Positions 7,924 through 17,271 of a stretch of 64,000 nt of DNA are shown piece by piece. The notes beneath the pieces are model-generated. The model was given only the letters and a program-made list of their open reading frames with translations. It ran no database searches and was not told the origin of the DNA. Where the stretch lies: positions 44,260 to 108,259 of the forward strand of contig JBAZSE010000003.1 of NCBI GenBank assembly GCA_041662565.1, given 5' to 3'. A program made the translations under genes and the position numbers. The DNA is from Patescibacteria group bacterium (GTDB lineage: Bacteria; Patescibacteriota; Patescibacteriia; UBA1558; UBA10009). How positions within the stretch are numbered: the first letter of the stretch is position 1; every line of letters starts with the position of its first letter.

Positions 7924-9474
7924 TTATTGATTAATCGGGATAGTTGTGGTTGATGAGGTGGCTGACAAATTTTTCGGAATGATTAAATCTATTGGAGCTT
8001 TATTGGCAGGTGCAGTGATTATTGCCTCCAAGGCCTCTCCGGTAGGATGAATATCTACGGCTACTTGGGATGTTTCAATAATATCCGCCCAGCGATAGCC
8101 TCTGGAAATAAAAGCTTCTTCGGTAGCAATTGGCAGCTTTTTACCTCCTGCAACAACATACACAATTGGATTATCTTTGGCTTTAATAAGTGAACCGTCT
8201 TTAAATTTAATGGCCTCGCCTTTGGGGTACTTATCAAGCTCCGTTGATCTGCCGGAAAGAATTTTCCGGTCCGGATAATTATTCTTTAAAATTTCTTTAG
8301 CCAAAATAGGGAATTTTTCACCCGCTTCAACGTAATAAACCCCGCCGCTCGAACTATCCATAATCAAAGCGCCCGTTGGATAGCTGGAACTAATGGTAAT
8401 TTCCCGTCCTTTTTTTAAAACGGCTAAATCAGCATCGGCAACGTTTTCCACTTCTTCCGGATTAAAACCCAAGGTTCTAAACACTTCCTGGCTGGAGATT
8501 TTTCTTAAGGTGTCATCAACTAGCAAATAAATATTTTTACCCGAATCAGCCAATAATGAGTATTGGGAAAATTTAATCGGTTCGCCTAATTCATATTGAT
8601 CTATCTCCAATTGATCCACAATTACGATTTTGGATGGATTAAAACGGGTAGCCAGCGCGCTAAAATTGGCAAAGGGTCTTTTTTTGCCGTCTTGAATAAG
8701 ATAAACCGTATCGTTATTATTTGCTTTAACCAAACTGCCGGTGGGTCTGATGCTAGTTTGATTAAACCAATTATTCCAAATTTTCCAAAAATTATAGTTT
8801 GCTCCAATCTTGCCTTGTTCGGTTAAAGTTCCTCCTTGATATGGATTATAAGTATAAAGAGCGGCAGTAATTTTATTTTCAGGCCTAATGGTTTGATCAT
8901 CTTGAGTCATTTTAGCCACGCCCACGCACCACTTGGTAAATGTGCAATTAAAATTGGCAACGTATTTGCTTTTAATATTTAAATCGGCTAAATAATCATG
9001 GATAAATTTCCTAGCCATTGATTGGATTTGTTTGGCAAAACCTCGGTATTTATCCAAACAGATTCCGCCATAACAGCTATAGCCAACAGCCCAATTGTAC
9101 TGATTAGCCGTAGGCGATGGATCGGTAATCAAGCTTTGCTCCTTTTGCAGCATAATCATGATAAACTTGGGGTTTATCCGGTACTCTTGAGCCGTATTCC
9201 AAATTAACCAATAGGCCGGTTGCATGGTTAAAGGATCAATATATCTGCCCAAAGTTCCACCTTTTTCATTCAAAAATTCCCTGATCTGTTCTAAAGTTAA
9301 TGAACTGTAATCATTTATAAAAGCATCGGAAATAATATGATTAGGGTTAAAATCAGGATCAAGGGGCTGATAAATAACCGCTTGAGCTAAAGAGGTTAGA
9401 GGAAGAAAGTTAAAAGTTAAAAGAGAAAAAACACTGATAATTGAGATTATTTTTTGAAATTTATTTGCGATCAT
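7924..9474 (-). CDS. secreted protein with signal peptide and four C-terminal ~55-aa tandem repeats; possible lysozyme/SLT-like N-terminal region
   Basis: N-terminal signal peptide (LLTFNFLPLTSLAQA). Weak AQE...NP...MLQKEQS resemblance to lytic transglycosylase motifs. Repeats share a L(I/L)xAxxxxxVY(L/V)VxxGxKxPI...F...G(F/Y) pattern. Confidence 0.55.
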   Translation of the reverse strand: MIANKFQKIISIISVFSLLTFNFLPLTSLAQAVIYQPLDPDFNPNHIISDAFINDYSSLTLEQIREFLNEKGGTLGRYIDPLTMQPAYWLIWNTAQEYRINPKFIMIMLQKEQSLITDPSPTANQYNWAVGYSCYGGICLDKYRGFAKQIQSMARKFIHDYLADLNIKSKYVANFNCTFTKWCVGVAKMTQDDQTIRPENKITAALYTYNPYQGGTLTEQGKIGANYNFWKIWNNWFNQTSIRPTGSLVKANNNDTVYLIQDGKKRPFANFSALATRFNPSKIVIVDQLEIDQYELGEPIKFSQYSLLADSGKNIYLLVDDTLRKISSQEVFRTLGFNPEEVENVADADLAVLKKGREITISSSYPTGALIMDSSSGGVYYVEAGEKFPILAKEILKNNYPDRKILSGRSTELDKYPKGEAIKFKDGSLIKAKDNPIVYVVAGGKKLPIATEEAFISRGYRWADIIETSQVAVDIHPTGEALEAIITAPANKAPIDLIIPKNLSATSSTTTIPINQ

Positions 9475-9524
9475 ATAATTGTTTATATTATATCATTTTG
9501 ACGTCAGAATTTCAACCAGCTAAG

Positions 9525-9553
9525 TTGAAAAAAAATCCCATAAATGCTAATAT
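9525..9553 (+). promoter_or_regulatory. sigma70-like promoter for the 9590 operon
   Basis: TTGAAA-17nt-TAATAT, 36 nt upstream of the ATG. Confidence 0.4.
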
Positions 9554-9589
9554 TAAACAGTTAATTATTCATATTTAACTCTACTATAT

Positions 9590-9979
9590 ATGTCATATGA
9601 ATCAAGTAGTCCTGAACAAATTTTACCTCAGGAGGATGCCCTAAAAAAAGCTCACAACGTCCATTTAGCAAACCTAGAGCAGGCCATAAATAATGGCTTT
9701 AACCATGAGGCCTATCAATATTTTGGTAATCTTTACCGTCACTTAACCAAATATAAAAAAATATATGATTTTAATGACGAAGAATCCGGTATAGATTTAA
9801 AAAGCATTGGTAAAAAGGTTGCTGACTTTCTTTTAAATTGGGGCCGTAAATACAAAAAAAAGTCAGGCGCTGTTGAAAATATTAAATGGCTTAATGAAAT
9901 TTTAGCCGATATCGGTTTAACTTACCAGGATATCGGCACCACTGAAATTGAAATCGAAACATTTAAACCAGGTTCATGA
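9590..9979 (+). CDS. hypothetical protein (129 aa)
   Basis: ORF with ATGA stop/start overlap into the TagA-family gene, implying co-translation. Confidence 0.5.
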   Translation: MSYESSSPEQILPQEDALKKAHNVHLANLEQAINNGFNHEAYQYFGNLYRHLTKYKKIYDFNDEESGIDLKSIGKKVADFLLNWGRKYKKKSGAVENIKWLNEILADIGLTYQDIGTTEIEIETFKPGS

Positions 9980-10860
9980 AAATTGATATTCTGGGGATTA
10001 AAATTAACGCTATCACCCAAAATCAAGTTTTAGATCAAGTTGAATCTTTTTTTATTCCTAATGGCCAAACACTGGTCAGTAGCCATCAGCTAATTACGGC
10101 CAATCCCGAAATTATTTTAGAATCGCTAAAACACCACAATTATCAAAACTTGATCAACCAATCATCGTTGGTTTTAGCAGATGGCATTGGATTATTATGG
10201 GCTGCTAAATTTTTGTCACTAAAAAGCAATAATCTTTTTTTTGCCGTTATTCAGGCATTTGTTGCCGGTGCAAGTTTATTGCTTTATCCGGATTACGTTA
10301 AAACAATTATTCCACAAAGAATTACCGGAGTTGATTTAATGGAAAAAATCTGTGAGCTAGCAAGCTCATCTCGAGCGCAGTCGAGAGACGAACTTGCTGG
10401 TCAAAAAAATTTAAAAGTTTATCTACTTGGTGGAGAACATGGAATTGCCAAACAGTGTGCTGATAAACTTAAGGAAAAATATTTTAATTTAAAAATTGTT
10501 GGTGCAGAAACCGGGCCAACGATACACGGATCGCACTACACGATCGAGAAAAATTTAATAGATAACATCATAAACTCAAAAGCCGATATTTTATTTGTTG
10601 CTATGGGAGCTCCCAAACAGGATTTTTTTATTCAACAAATTCTACCCCAATTGCCACAAGTAAAACTGGCTATGGGTGTTGGTGGAGCATTTGATTTTAT
10701 TTCCGGCAAAGCCAAACGCGCTCCGCTTATTTACCAGGATCTGGGAATAGAGTGGTTATTCCGCCTGATAAACGAACCGTGGCGATTTTTACGCATCTTA
10801 AATGCCACTATTAGATTTATGTGGAATGTGATAAAATTCAACCAAATTAGCAACCAATAA
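9976..10860 (+). CDS. WecB/TagA/CpsF family glycosyltransferase (GT26)
   Basis: MKIDILGIKIN start. GAPKQDFF motif. ~294 aa, slightly long, apparently because of a 12-aa GC-rich insert. Confidence 0.8.
   Translation: MKIDILGIKINAITQNQVLDQVESFFIPNGQTLVSSHQLITANPEIILESLKHHNYQNLINQSSLVLADGIGLLWAAKFLSLKSNNLFFAVIQAFVAGASLLLYPDYVKTIIPQRITGVDLMEKICELASSSRAQSRDELAGQKNLKVYLLGGEHGIAKQCADKLKEKYFNLKIVGAETGPTIHGSHYTIEKNLIDNIINSKADILFVAMGAPKQDFFIQQILPQLPQVKLAMGVGGAFDFISGKAKRAPLIYQDLGIEWLFRLINEPWRFLRILNATIRFMWNVIKFNQISNQ
10354..10399. repeat. GC-rich (~57%) palindromic in-frame insert within the tagA-family gene
   Basis: AGCAAG ... CTTGCT flanking inverted repeats. Internal CTCGAgcgcagTCGAG palindrome. Encodes the SSSRAQSRDELAG insert. 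Resembles the CGAG-rich core of the 61.3 kb element. Confidence 0.4.
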
Positions 10861-10864
10861 ACAC

Positions 10865-12310
10865 ATGATTAAAACACGTTTTGCGCCATCACCAACCGGC
10901 TATTTGCATATCGGAAGTTTGCGGACAGCCCTTTATAACTACCTTTTTGCCAAGCAAAATAAAGGTATTTTTATGTTGCGTATTGAAGATACTGATCAAA
11001 AAAGGGAAGTATCGGGCGCCCTTGAATCCCTTATTCAAACCCTTCAAAAAATGGGCCTAAATTGGGATGAAGGCCCGGTTATGGATAAAGACCTTAATTT
11101 AACAGAAAAAGGCCAATTTGGGCCATATTTACAGTCAAATCGGCTTAAAATCTATCATGAACAGGCCCTAAAGCTGGTTAAAGAGGGGAAAGCGTATTAT
11201 TGCACTTGTTCACCCGAAAGATTAGCGCAATTAAGAACTGATCAGGAAGCTAAAAATGAAGCGCCTAGATACGACGGACATTGTAGGGATTTGGAAATAA
11301 AAGCTGAAAAGCCGAACGGCAATCAACCATTTGTAATTCGTTTAAAAATTCCCCAAGATAGGGAAGTGGTTTTTAATGATGTGATACGTGGCGAGGTAAA
11401 ATTTAAATCAACCGAAATAGACGATCAGGTTTTAATAAAATCGGACGGTTATCCAACTTATCATTTGGCCAATGTTGTTGACGATCATTTAATGGAAGTT
11501 ACCAATGTGGTTAGAGGAGAGGAATGGTTACCTTCAACTCCAAAACATATTTTGTTATATGAAGCTTTTAGTTGGCAAGCTCCGCAATTTGCCCATCTGC
11601 CGTTATTATTAAACGCAGATAAATCAAAATTATCCAAGCGCCAAGGTGATGTGGCAGTAGAAGATTACTTGGCCAAGGGCTACCTACCGGAAGCTTTGAT
11701 CAATTACGTAGCACTTTTGGGCTGGCATCCAAACAATAACAATGAAATTTTTTCTTTAGCCGATTTGGTAAAACATTTTGATTTGAACAAAGTCCAAAAA
11801 GGCGGAGCCATTTTTGATGTTAACAAGTTAAATTGGTTTAATTGCTATTATATAAAACAACTGCCGGAAAAAGAATTGCTTCAAAGATGCGCGGAATTTT
11901 TACCGAATTTGGATAAAAATATTTTATTAAAAATTCTTAAAGTTGAAAAAGACAGATTAAATAATCTGGGGGATATAGTTGAAAAAGCCAAAATGTTTTT
12001 GGATCTACCCGATTATGATGCCAAAATATTGATCTTCAAAAAATCGACTAAAGAAACAACTCTTAATGGCCTGAACCTGGCTTTATCTGCCTTGGAAAGC
12101 GTTAATGAAAATGATTGGCAAAAAGAAACCTTGAACAAAATTTTATCAAAAACAGTCATAGATAATGGTTTGACTAACGGTGATATTTTTTGGCCTATCA
12201 GAGTAGCCGTTTCCGGGCAAGAAAAAAGCCCGGCTCCGGAAGAGATAATGGAGGTTTTGGGGCAAAAAGACAGTTTAAACAGGATAAACATCGCCATAAA
12301 CAAGCTTTAA
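10865..12310 (+). CDS. gltX: glutamate--tRNA ligase
   Basis: FAPSPTGYLHIGSLRTALYNYLFA class I HIGH region. KLSKR motif. Confidence 0.9.
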   Translation: MIKTRFAPSPTGYLHIGSLRTALYNYLFAKQNKGIFMLRIEDTDQKREVSGALESLIQTLQKMGLNWDEGPVMDKDLNLTEKGQFGPYLQSNRLKIYHEQALKLVKEGKAYYCTCSPERLAQLRTDQEAKNEAPRYDGHCRDLEIKAEKPNGNQPFVIRLKIPQDREVVFNDVIRGEVKFKSTEIDDQVLIKSDGYPTYHLANVVDDHLMEVTNVVRGEEWLPSTPKHILLYEAFSWQAPQFAHLPLLLNADKSKLSKRQGDVAVEDYLAKGYLPEALINYVALLGWHPNNNNEIFSLADLVKHFDLNKVQKGGAIFDVNKLNWFNCYYIKQLPEKELLQRCAEFLPNLDKNILLKILKVEKDRLNNLGDIVEKAKMFLDLPDYDAKILIFKKSTKETTLNGLNLALSALESVNENDWQKETLNKILSKTVIDNGLTNGDIFWPIRVAVSGQEKSPAPEEIMEVLGQKDSLNRINIAINKL

Positions 12311-12383
12311 AGTTAATTTAATCTATTAAAGAACTCATTATTATAACAATGGGTTCTTTTTTTAGCTTATTTATGTTATAATT

Positions 12384-13649
12384 TTGATAATGAACTTAAG
12401 GAAAACAGCTAAAAACTTATTTTTTTCCTTTCTTTTGGCGGTTGGTTTAATATTTCCGCAAAATATTTTTTTATTGGCCCAGGAACAAAGCACCATTACT
12501 ACCGTTGATTCATTGGAGCAAACCGACCCCGAAATTCAGCGCCTAAAAGAAGAAATCAATAAATACCAAAATCAATTAACGGAACTTGATAAACAACGCA
12601 AAACCTACGAAAATTCCATTAGAGTCAAACAGCAATCCATTACCACACTTAAAAACCAAACCGAAATTTTAAATGACAGTATCGCCAAATTAGCTTTAGA
12701 AGTACAGCAAAGCCAACTTCAAATAGAAAAAACCCAGTTGGAAATAGAAAATAACCAGTTGGAAATAAATCAAAAGGAAAAAGAAATTAAAAACCAGCAA
12801 GCAAAAATCGGTGAGGTTATCAGATCCATTGATCAGCATCAGCGCCAAACGAGCTATTTGCAGATATTGATCGTTAAAGGCAACTTAGGCAGCTTTTTTA
12901 AGGAAGCCAGCGAGCTTAAGGTTTTGGAACAGGGTTTGCTTTCACAACTGCAAAACCTTAATGATTTAAAAAACCAAGCCAGTCAAAAAAAAATCGCCTT
13001 GGAAAGCCGTAAAGCGCAGTTGGTAAAATTAACAGGAGTGTTAAAAGATAAAAACGATTTATTGGAAGGCGACAAATCCGCTAAAACCCAACTATTAAGC
13101 AGAACCAAGGGCCAAGAAGCAGAATTTCAAAAATTATTAGCCCAAGTTAAAGCCGAACAAAACAGCATTAACGCCGATATCCAGGATTTGGAATTAAAAG
13201 CCAGGCAAAAATTACAGCAAAGCGGACAACTAACCGACGAAGACAGCTTTATTTGGCCCATACCTTCCAGGACCGTAACCACTTATTTTCATGATCCGGA
13301 TTATCCCTTTAGATATGTTTTTGAACATCCTGCCATTGATGTAGGCAAAACACCGCAAGGCACCCCGTTTAGAGCGGCAAAATCCGGTTATGTAGCCAGG
13401 GTTAAAATTAACGGCTCCTCTTACGGCTATATTTTATTGGTTCACAACGGCGGTTTATCTACCGTTTACGGCCATGCCAGCAAATCATACGTTAATGAAG
13501 GCGATTATGTTATTCAAGGCCAGGTAGTGGGCCTTACCGGCGGAATGCCTGGAACAACCGGTGCCGGCAATTTAACCACAGGACCGCATTTACATTTTGA
13601 GGTGCGACTTAATGGCATACCAGTTGACCCATTGCAATATCTTCCTTAA
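12384..13649 (+). CDS. M23 family metallopeptidase with N-terminal signal/TM and long coiled coil (EnvC-like)
   Basis: C-terminal HPAIDVG ... GLTGGMPGTTGAGNLTTGPHLHFEV motifs (LytM/M23). Preceded by ~250 aa of heptad-rich Q/E/K sequence. Confidence 0.8.
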   Translation: MIMNLRKTAKNLFFSFLLAVGLIFPQNIFLLAQEQSTITTVDSLEQTDPEIQRLKEEINKYQNQLTELDKQRKTYENSIRVKQQSITTLKNQTEILNDSIAKLALEVQQSQLQIEKTQLEIENNQLEINQKEKEIKNQQAKIGEVIRSIDQHQRQTSYLQILIVKGNLGSFFKEASELKVLEQGLLSQLQNLNDLKNQASQKKIALESRKAQLVKLTGVLKDKNDLLEGDKSAKTQLLSRTKGQEAEFQKLLAQVKAEQNSINADIQDLELKARQKLQQSGQLTDEDSFIWPIPSRTVTTYFHDPDYPFRYVFEHPAIDVGKTPQGTPFRAAKSGYVARVKINGSSYGYILLVHNGGLSTVYGHASKSYVNEGDYVIQGQVVGLTGGMPGTTGAGNLTTGPHLHFEVRLNGIPVDPLQYLP

Positions 13650-13701
13650 AAATTATTATTGGTTATAATATATTTTTGCGACACTTAAAATCGGCTATAA
13701 C

Positions 13702-13730
13702 AAAAACAGGGTAGGGAACCCTGTTTTTAT
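13702..13730 (+). terminator. rho-independent terminator after the M23 peptidase gene
   Basis: AAACAGGG-tagggaa-CCCTGTT followed by TTTTTAT. Confidence 0.6.
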
Positions 13731-13732
13731 AT

Positions 13733-13867
13733 TTAGCTTTCTGTAAAACCCACTACGGATAAAATAATTATCAGAGTAAAAATATAAAACCAAACATTGG
13801 CGCCATTTTGCATTAACACAAACATCGCCAACATACCCAGCAAAAGAAGTATTATTATTTTATCCAT
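13733..13867 (-). CDS. possible small hydrophobic peptide (44 aa), unverified
   Basis: ATG ... TAA ORF, MDKIIILLLLGMLAMFVLMQNGANVWFYIFTLIIILSVVGFTES, a single TM-like helix. No obvious SD. Below the ORF-track size cutoff. Confidence 0.2.
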   Translation of the reverse strand: MDKIIILLLLGMLAMFVLMQNGANVWFYIFTLIIILSVVGFTES

Positions 13868-13978
13868 ATTTATTTATTGGTTAAAATAGAAAGGGAAGAG
13901 GCCTAATTGCTTGATAAATTGAATAGGGTTGTGTCGCACAATATATCTTATACGACGCTATAGCATGGATTTTTGGTG

Positions 13979-14839
13979 CTATTTATAAATAACCTGATTT
14001 GGCACTCGTAGGTTAATATAACTTAAGCCATTTAAATCAATCTTGCCGGTATTTAACGAAGCTTTTAATTTATTAATTTGCTGATCCAAAGTACTTAAAT
14101 AATTTACATGAATTTCAAAACCTTTTTTTGTAACAATTTTAAGGTAATTGGCCTGGGAACTATCCACTTTAAAATAATCAAGTTCAATTTGCGGCAAAGC
14201 ATAGTTTTTAAGGTTCAAATATGTTTCCAGAATCAAATTAACCAGCTTATCATTAACTCTGGTTTCGTTGATTGTCGGAATCGCGTTAGAAAGGTCGTAA
14301 ACAACCGGAATCGTTTGATTGGTTAAATCTGCAACATTAAACTGATTACTAATCAATCCGGAAGCTTCCAAAATATAATTTTGTTCGGCGCTGACCCAAA
14401 TTAATCGCCCGAGCTTTTGCTGAATATCAACAAGCAAAGTTTTGGGAAATTTTTTGCTTAATTTATAGTCAGCCAATAAATTACCCTGATTAAGTTTGGA
14501 TTGCAGCCCTTCGGTTGATGCCGTAAAAAAATTGTCACCCTTAAATAGCCAGGATCCGCTCTCTAACAACGATTGTTTTAAGTTTTCTGCCAGTTGTTCG
14601 TTAGTTTGCCCCTCAAGCTGGCCATTAATAACAATTTTACTGATTCTAAACGTTCCGGAATAAAAAAACAAATAAACCAGATAGCAAAAAATTAATCCGG
14701 CCAATACCAAAAAAACTTTTTTTCGCAACTTAACGGCGTCTCCGCGCGTATATTCATGAGCCCGTTTACTGCGTGGCTGGATAATTTCCCTTTTAGCCCT
14801 TAAAGAGCGTTGTTGTGACCAAATAACGTTTCTTTTCAT
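13979..14839 (-). CDS. ftsQ: cell division protein FtsQ/DivIB-like (POTRA domain, single TM)
   Basis: Basic N-terminus, one TM (VFLVLAGLIFCYLVYLFF), then a POTRA-like region (RISKIVINGQ ...). Confidence 0.65.
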   Translation of the reverse strand: MKRNVIWSQQRSLRAKREIIQPRSKRAHEYTRGDAVKLRKKVFLVLAGLIFCYLVYLFFYSGTFRISKIVINGQLEGQTNEQLAENLKQSLLESGSWLFKGDNFFTASTEGLQSKLNQGNLLADYKLSKKFPKTLLVDIQQKLGRLIWVSAEQNYILEASGLISNQFNVADLTNQTIPVVYDLSNAIPTINETRVNDKLVNLILETYLNLKNYALPQIELDYFKVDSSQANYLKIVTKKGFEIHVNYLSTLDQQINKLKASLNTGKIDLNGLSYINLRVPNQVIYK

Positions 14840-14904
14840 ATATCCCTGCCCTACATTAATTGGTTGTTAATTAAGTGTCGTAAAATATTAATACAAAACA
14901 ATTT

Positions 14905-15957
14905 TTATTTTGGCTTTATAAAATAATAACCGCGTTTTATTCTTCTAGCTGTTTCAATCAGCCAATTAAAATAATATTTACAACTTAACGGTAAATCATA
15001 AGCATGCAATAAATCCACTTCCCTGCCCCCAAAACCCTTCTTAAATAAACTAACGCCTGCCAATGGGTGTTTGGGATTATCATTTGGGCTTACTCCCCAA
15101 AAATTGTAAACAGTGCAGCCGTTTTTAATTGCTTCTAAAATCGAATGCCATTGCAGCAAATACGAAGGAGAAAATTTTGGATGTAAAATATTAGTAGCCG
15201 CTAAATAATATGATGCTCCTTGGCCGTAAAAAATTATAATTGAAGCCGCCTCTACTACATCGTTATAAACGGCAAACTTTAAGCTTATTTGGTTTGGTAA
15301 AAAAAATTTAAAAAGTTTTTGAATAAAAGTTTTGGAAAATGCTTCGTAATTATTTTGTTTTGAATGTTTAAGGTGCAGTTGGTAAAATTTTTCAATATCT
15401 TGATCATTGTTATCCGATTTAATAATCTTAACCCCTTCTTTTTGGGCTCGGGTAATTAAATATCTGCTTGTTTTACGCATTTTAACAAATAACTCCTGGG
15501 CCGGCTCGTTTAAATCCAAAAGCCAGGTTGTTTCGGCATGAACATGCATTGGAGCAAAAAAGTATCCCAACTTATGTAACATATCTCCGTTGGCTACCGT
15601 ACTGGGTAAAATAGTGCTAAGACGAATAAAGTCGGCCTGTTCCGTTTTACCTAAATCATGCAAATAACTTGTCCATTGCTTAAAAAATTCTTTGGCAGTT
15701 AGGGAATCTAAAAATAATGGTCCGTGCGGACACAATAAATAACATCCCCGGCGAGCGGTGATTTTTATGATTAGTCCGACTCCCACCAATTCATTATCCA
15801 GATAACATCCGATTCTAAAAATTTTCTGACCAAATGATTGTTGCAGATTCCCCCATTCCCAACTATGCAAAAAAGTATACCAAGAAGAACTGCAAACAAA
15901 ATTTTGCCAGATTTGGGAATCAGTAATTAGCGAAAATTTTAATTCAACTTCTGCCAT
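14905..15957 (-). CDS. FemAB-family peptidoglycan interpeptide-bridge aminoacyltransferase
   Basis: 350 aa. FemX/MurM-like architecture and motifs (YYLAATN, FKKGFGG). Adjacent to murF. Confidence 0.7.
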   Translation of the reverse strand: MAEVELKFSLITDSQIWQNFVCSSSWYTFLHSWEWGNLQQSFGQKIFRIGCYLDNELVGVGLIIKITARRGCYLLCPHGPLFLDSLTAKEFFKQWTSYLHDLGKTEQADFIRLSTILPSTVANGDMLHKLGYFFAPMHVHAETTWLLDLNEPAQELFVKMRKTSRYLITRAQKEGVKIIKSDNNDQDIEKFYQLHLKHSKQNNYEAFSKTFIQKLFKFFLPNQISLKFAVYNDVVEAASIIIFYGQGASYYLAATNILHPKFSPSYLLQWHSILEAIKNGCTVYNFWGVSPNDNPKHPLAGVSLFKKGFGGREVDLLHAYDLPLSCKYYFNWLIETARRIKRGYYFIKPK

Positions 15958-17216
15958 ATATTTATCAAAGCGGTTATCTTTTGGGCATCATCAAGAGATA
16001 TTCCCCGATGATTAGGTAAATTAAGTGTTTGTCGGGCCGCTTGTTCGGCCACCGGGCAATTTCCCAAAATATAACCGGCCGAACTTAAATTTGCTTTTTG
16101 GGGAGCAATTGTTTGATCATACCAGTTGCCGGCAATCACGCCATGTTGCTTTAAAAAACCAACAAGCGATTTTTTATCCTCAACCAAAATTGTAAAACGA
16201 AGGTAAATGTTCTCGCTTAATGCTTCAAGTGGATAAATTATTTTAATTTTTTCGGTATTTAAATTATGAGCATAATAATAAGCAATTTTTTGACGGTGAA
16301 AATTAACAACCGTTAATTTTTTAAGCTCTGCTAATGCCAATACTGCCAAGCAGTTGGGCAGGGCATAATTTAAAATTGACAAATCACGGCAATTATTTTC
16401 ATTTGCCGAGGTAATTTTAGGTATAAAATTAAATTTCTTAGCTAAGGTGATTATAATTTTACCTAATGACAAAAAATCATACAGACAATAGCTTTTTAGG
16501 GCAATAACTGGATAAAAAATATTCTGCCAAACTTTAATCAACGGCAAATCAGCCAATTTTGTCGGCAAATTATTAAACAAATCTTGATTATTGGTGCAAA
16601 GCATTCCCCCATTGACCGCAGAAATAACTTTATCCCGGCCAAAACTAAAAACCGAAAATTCACCGAAAGTTCCAACCAATTGGTTTTGATACTTAGCTCC
16701 TAATGAATGAGCACAATCTTCCACTAATTTAAGGTTATACTTGGCACAAAGGTGCAAAATTTTACTCAAATCAATGGGCTGGCCAAAAGTGTGTTGAACA
16801 ATAATAACCTTAGCACGCGGACTAATTAATTTTTCCAATTTTTCCAGATCAAAATTTAAATCTGAAAGATTAATATCGCCGTAAACAATTTTAGCGCCAC
16901 AAGCCAAAACCGCATTAGCCACCGAAACGCAAGTATAGGCCTGAACAATCACCTCATCACCCTCCCCTATTTTTAGCGCGCGCAGCCCGTGATACAAAGC
17001 TCCTCGAGCATTGTAAAAAGATCGAGCGTATTTTATTTTAAAATTTTCGATAAAATACTTTTCCAAGTTCTTTGCACCTTGCCCATGCCTTATTTTAAAC
17101 AAACGCCAGGGCAATAAAAAACTTAAAGCTAGCCAAGCCTGGGCCCAAGAAATCGTGGTAAAAAATGATGCAGTAAGAGTTTTCATAAGCAACGTAGAGC
17201 AAATCCCGCTAAGCAA
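15939..17216 (-). CDS. DegT/DnrJ/EryC1/StrS-family PLP-dependent aminotransferase (start probably the ATG at 17186)
   Basis: DEVIVQAYTCVSVANAV, LVEDCAHSLGAKY and SFGRDK (Schiff-base Lys) motifs. The tracked start is TTG. N-terminal ~40 aa are hydrophobic and atypical for the family. Confidence 0.75.
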   Translation of the reverse strand: MLSGICSTLLMKTLTASFFTTISWAQAWLALSFLLPWRLFKIRHGQGAKNLEKYFIENFKIKYARSFYNARGALYHGLRALKIGEGDEVIVQAYTCVSVANAVLACGAKIVYGDINLSDLNFDLEKLEKLISPRAKVIIVQHTFGQPIDLSKILHLCAKYNLKLVEDCAHSLGAKYQNQLVGTFGEFSVFSFGRDKVISAVNGGMLCTNNQDLFNNLPTKLADLPLIKVWQNIFYPVIALKSYCLYDFLSLGKIIITLAKKFNFIPKITSANENNCRDLSILNYALPNCLAVLALAELKKLTVVNFHRQKIAYYYAHNLNTEKIKIIYPLEALSENIYLRFTILVEDKKSLVGFLKQHGVIAGNWYDQTIAPQKANLSSAGYILGNCPVAEQAARQTLNLPNHRGISLDDAQKITALINIWQKLN

Positions 17217-17271
17217 AACGAGCCAACCCGCTTCGCCAGAGCTTCAGCGAGGCGAGGGAGTTTACATGTAA
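17217..17271. repeat. GC-rich CGAG/GCGAGG-rich intergenic patch between murF and the aminotransferase
   Basis: ~60% GC in a ~35% GC genome. Contains CCCGCT direct repeats and GCGAGGCGAGGGAG. Confidence 0.3.
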
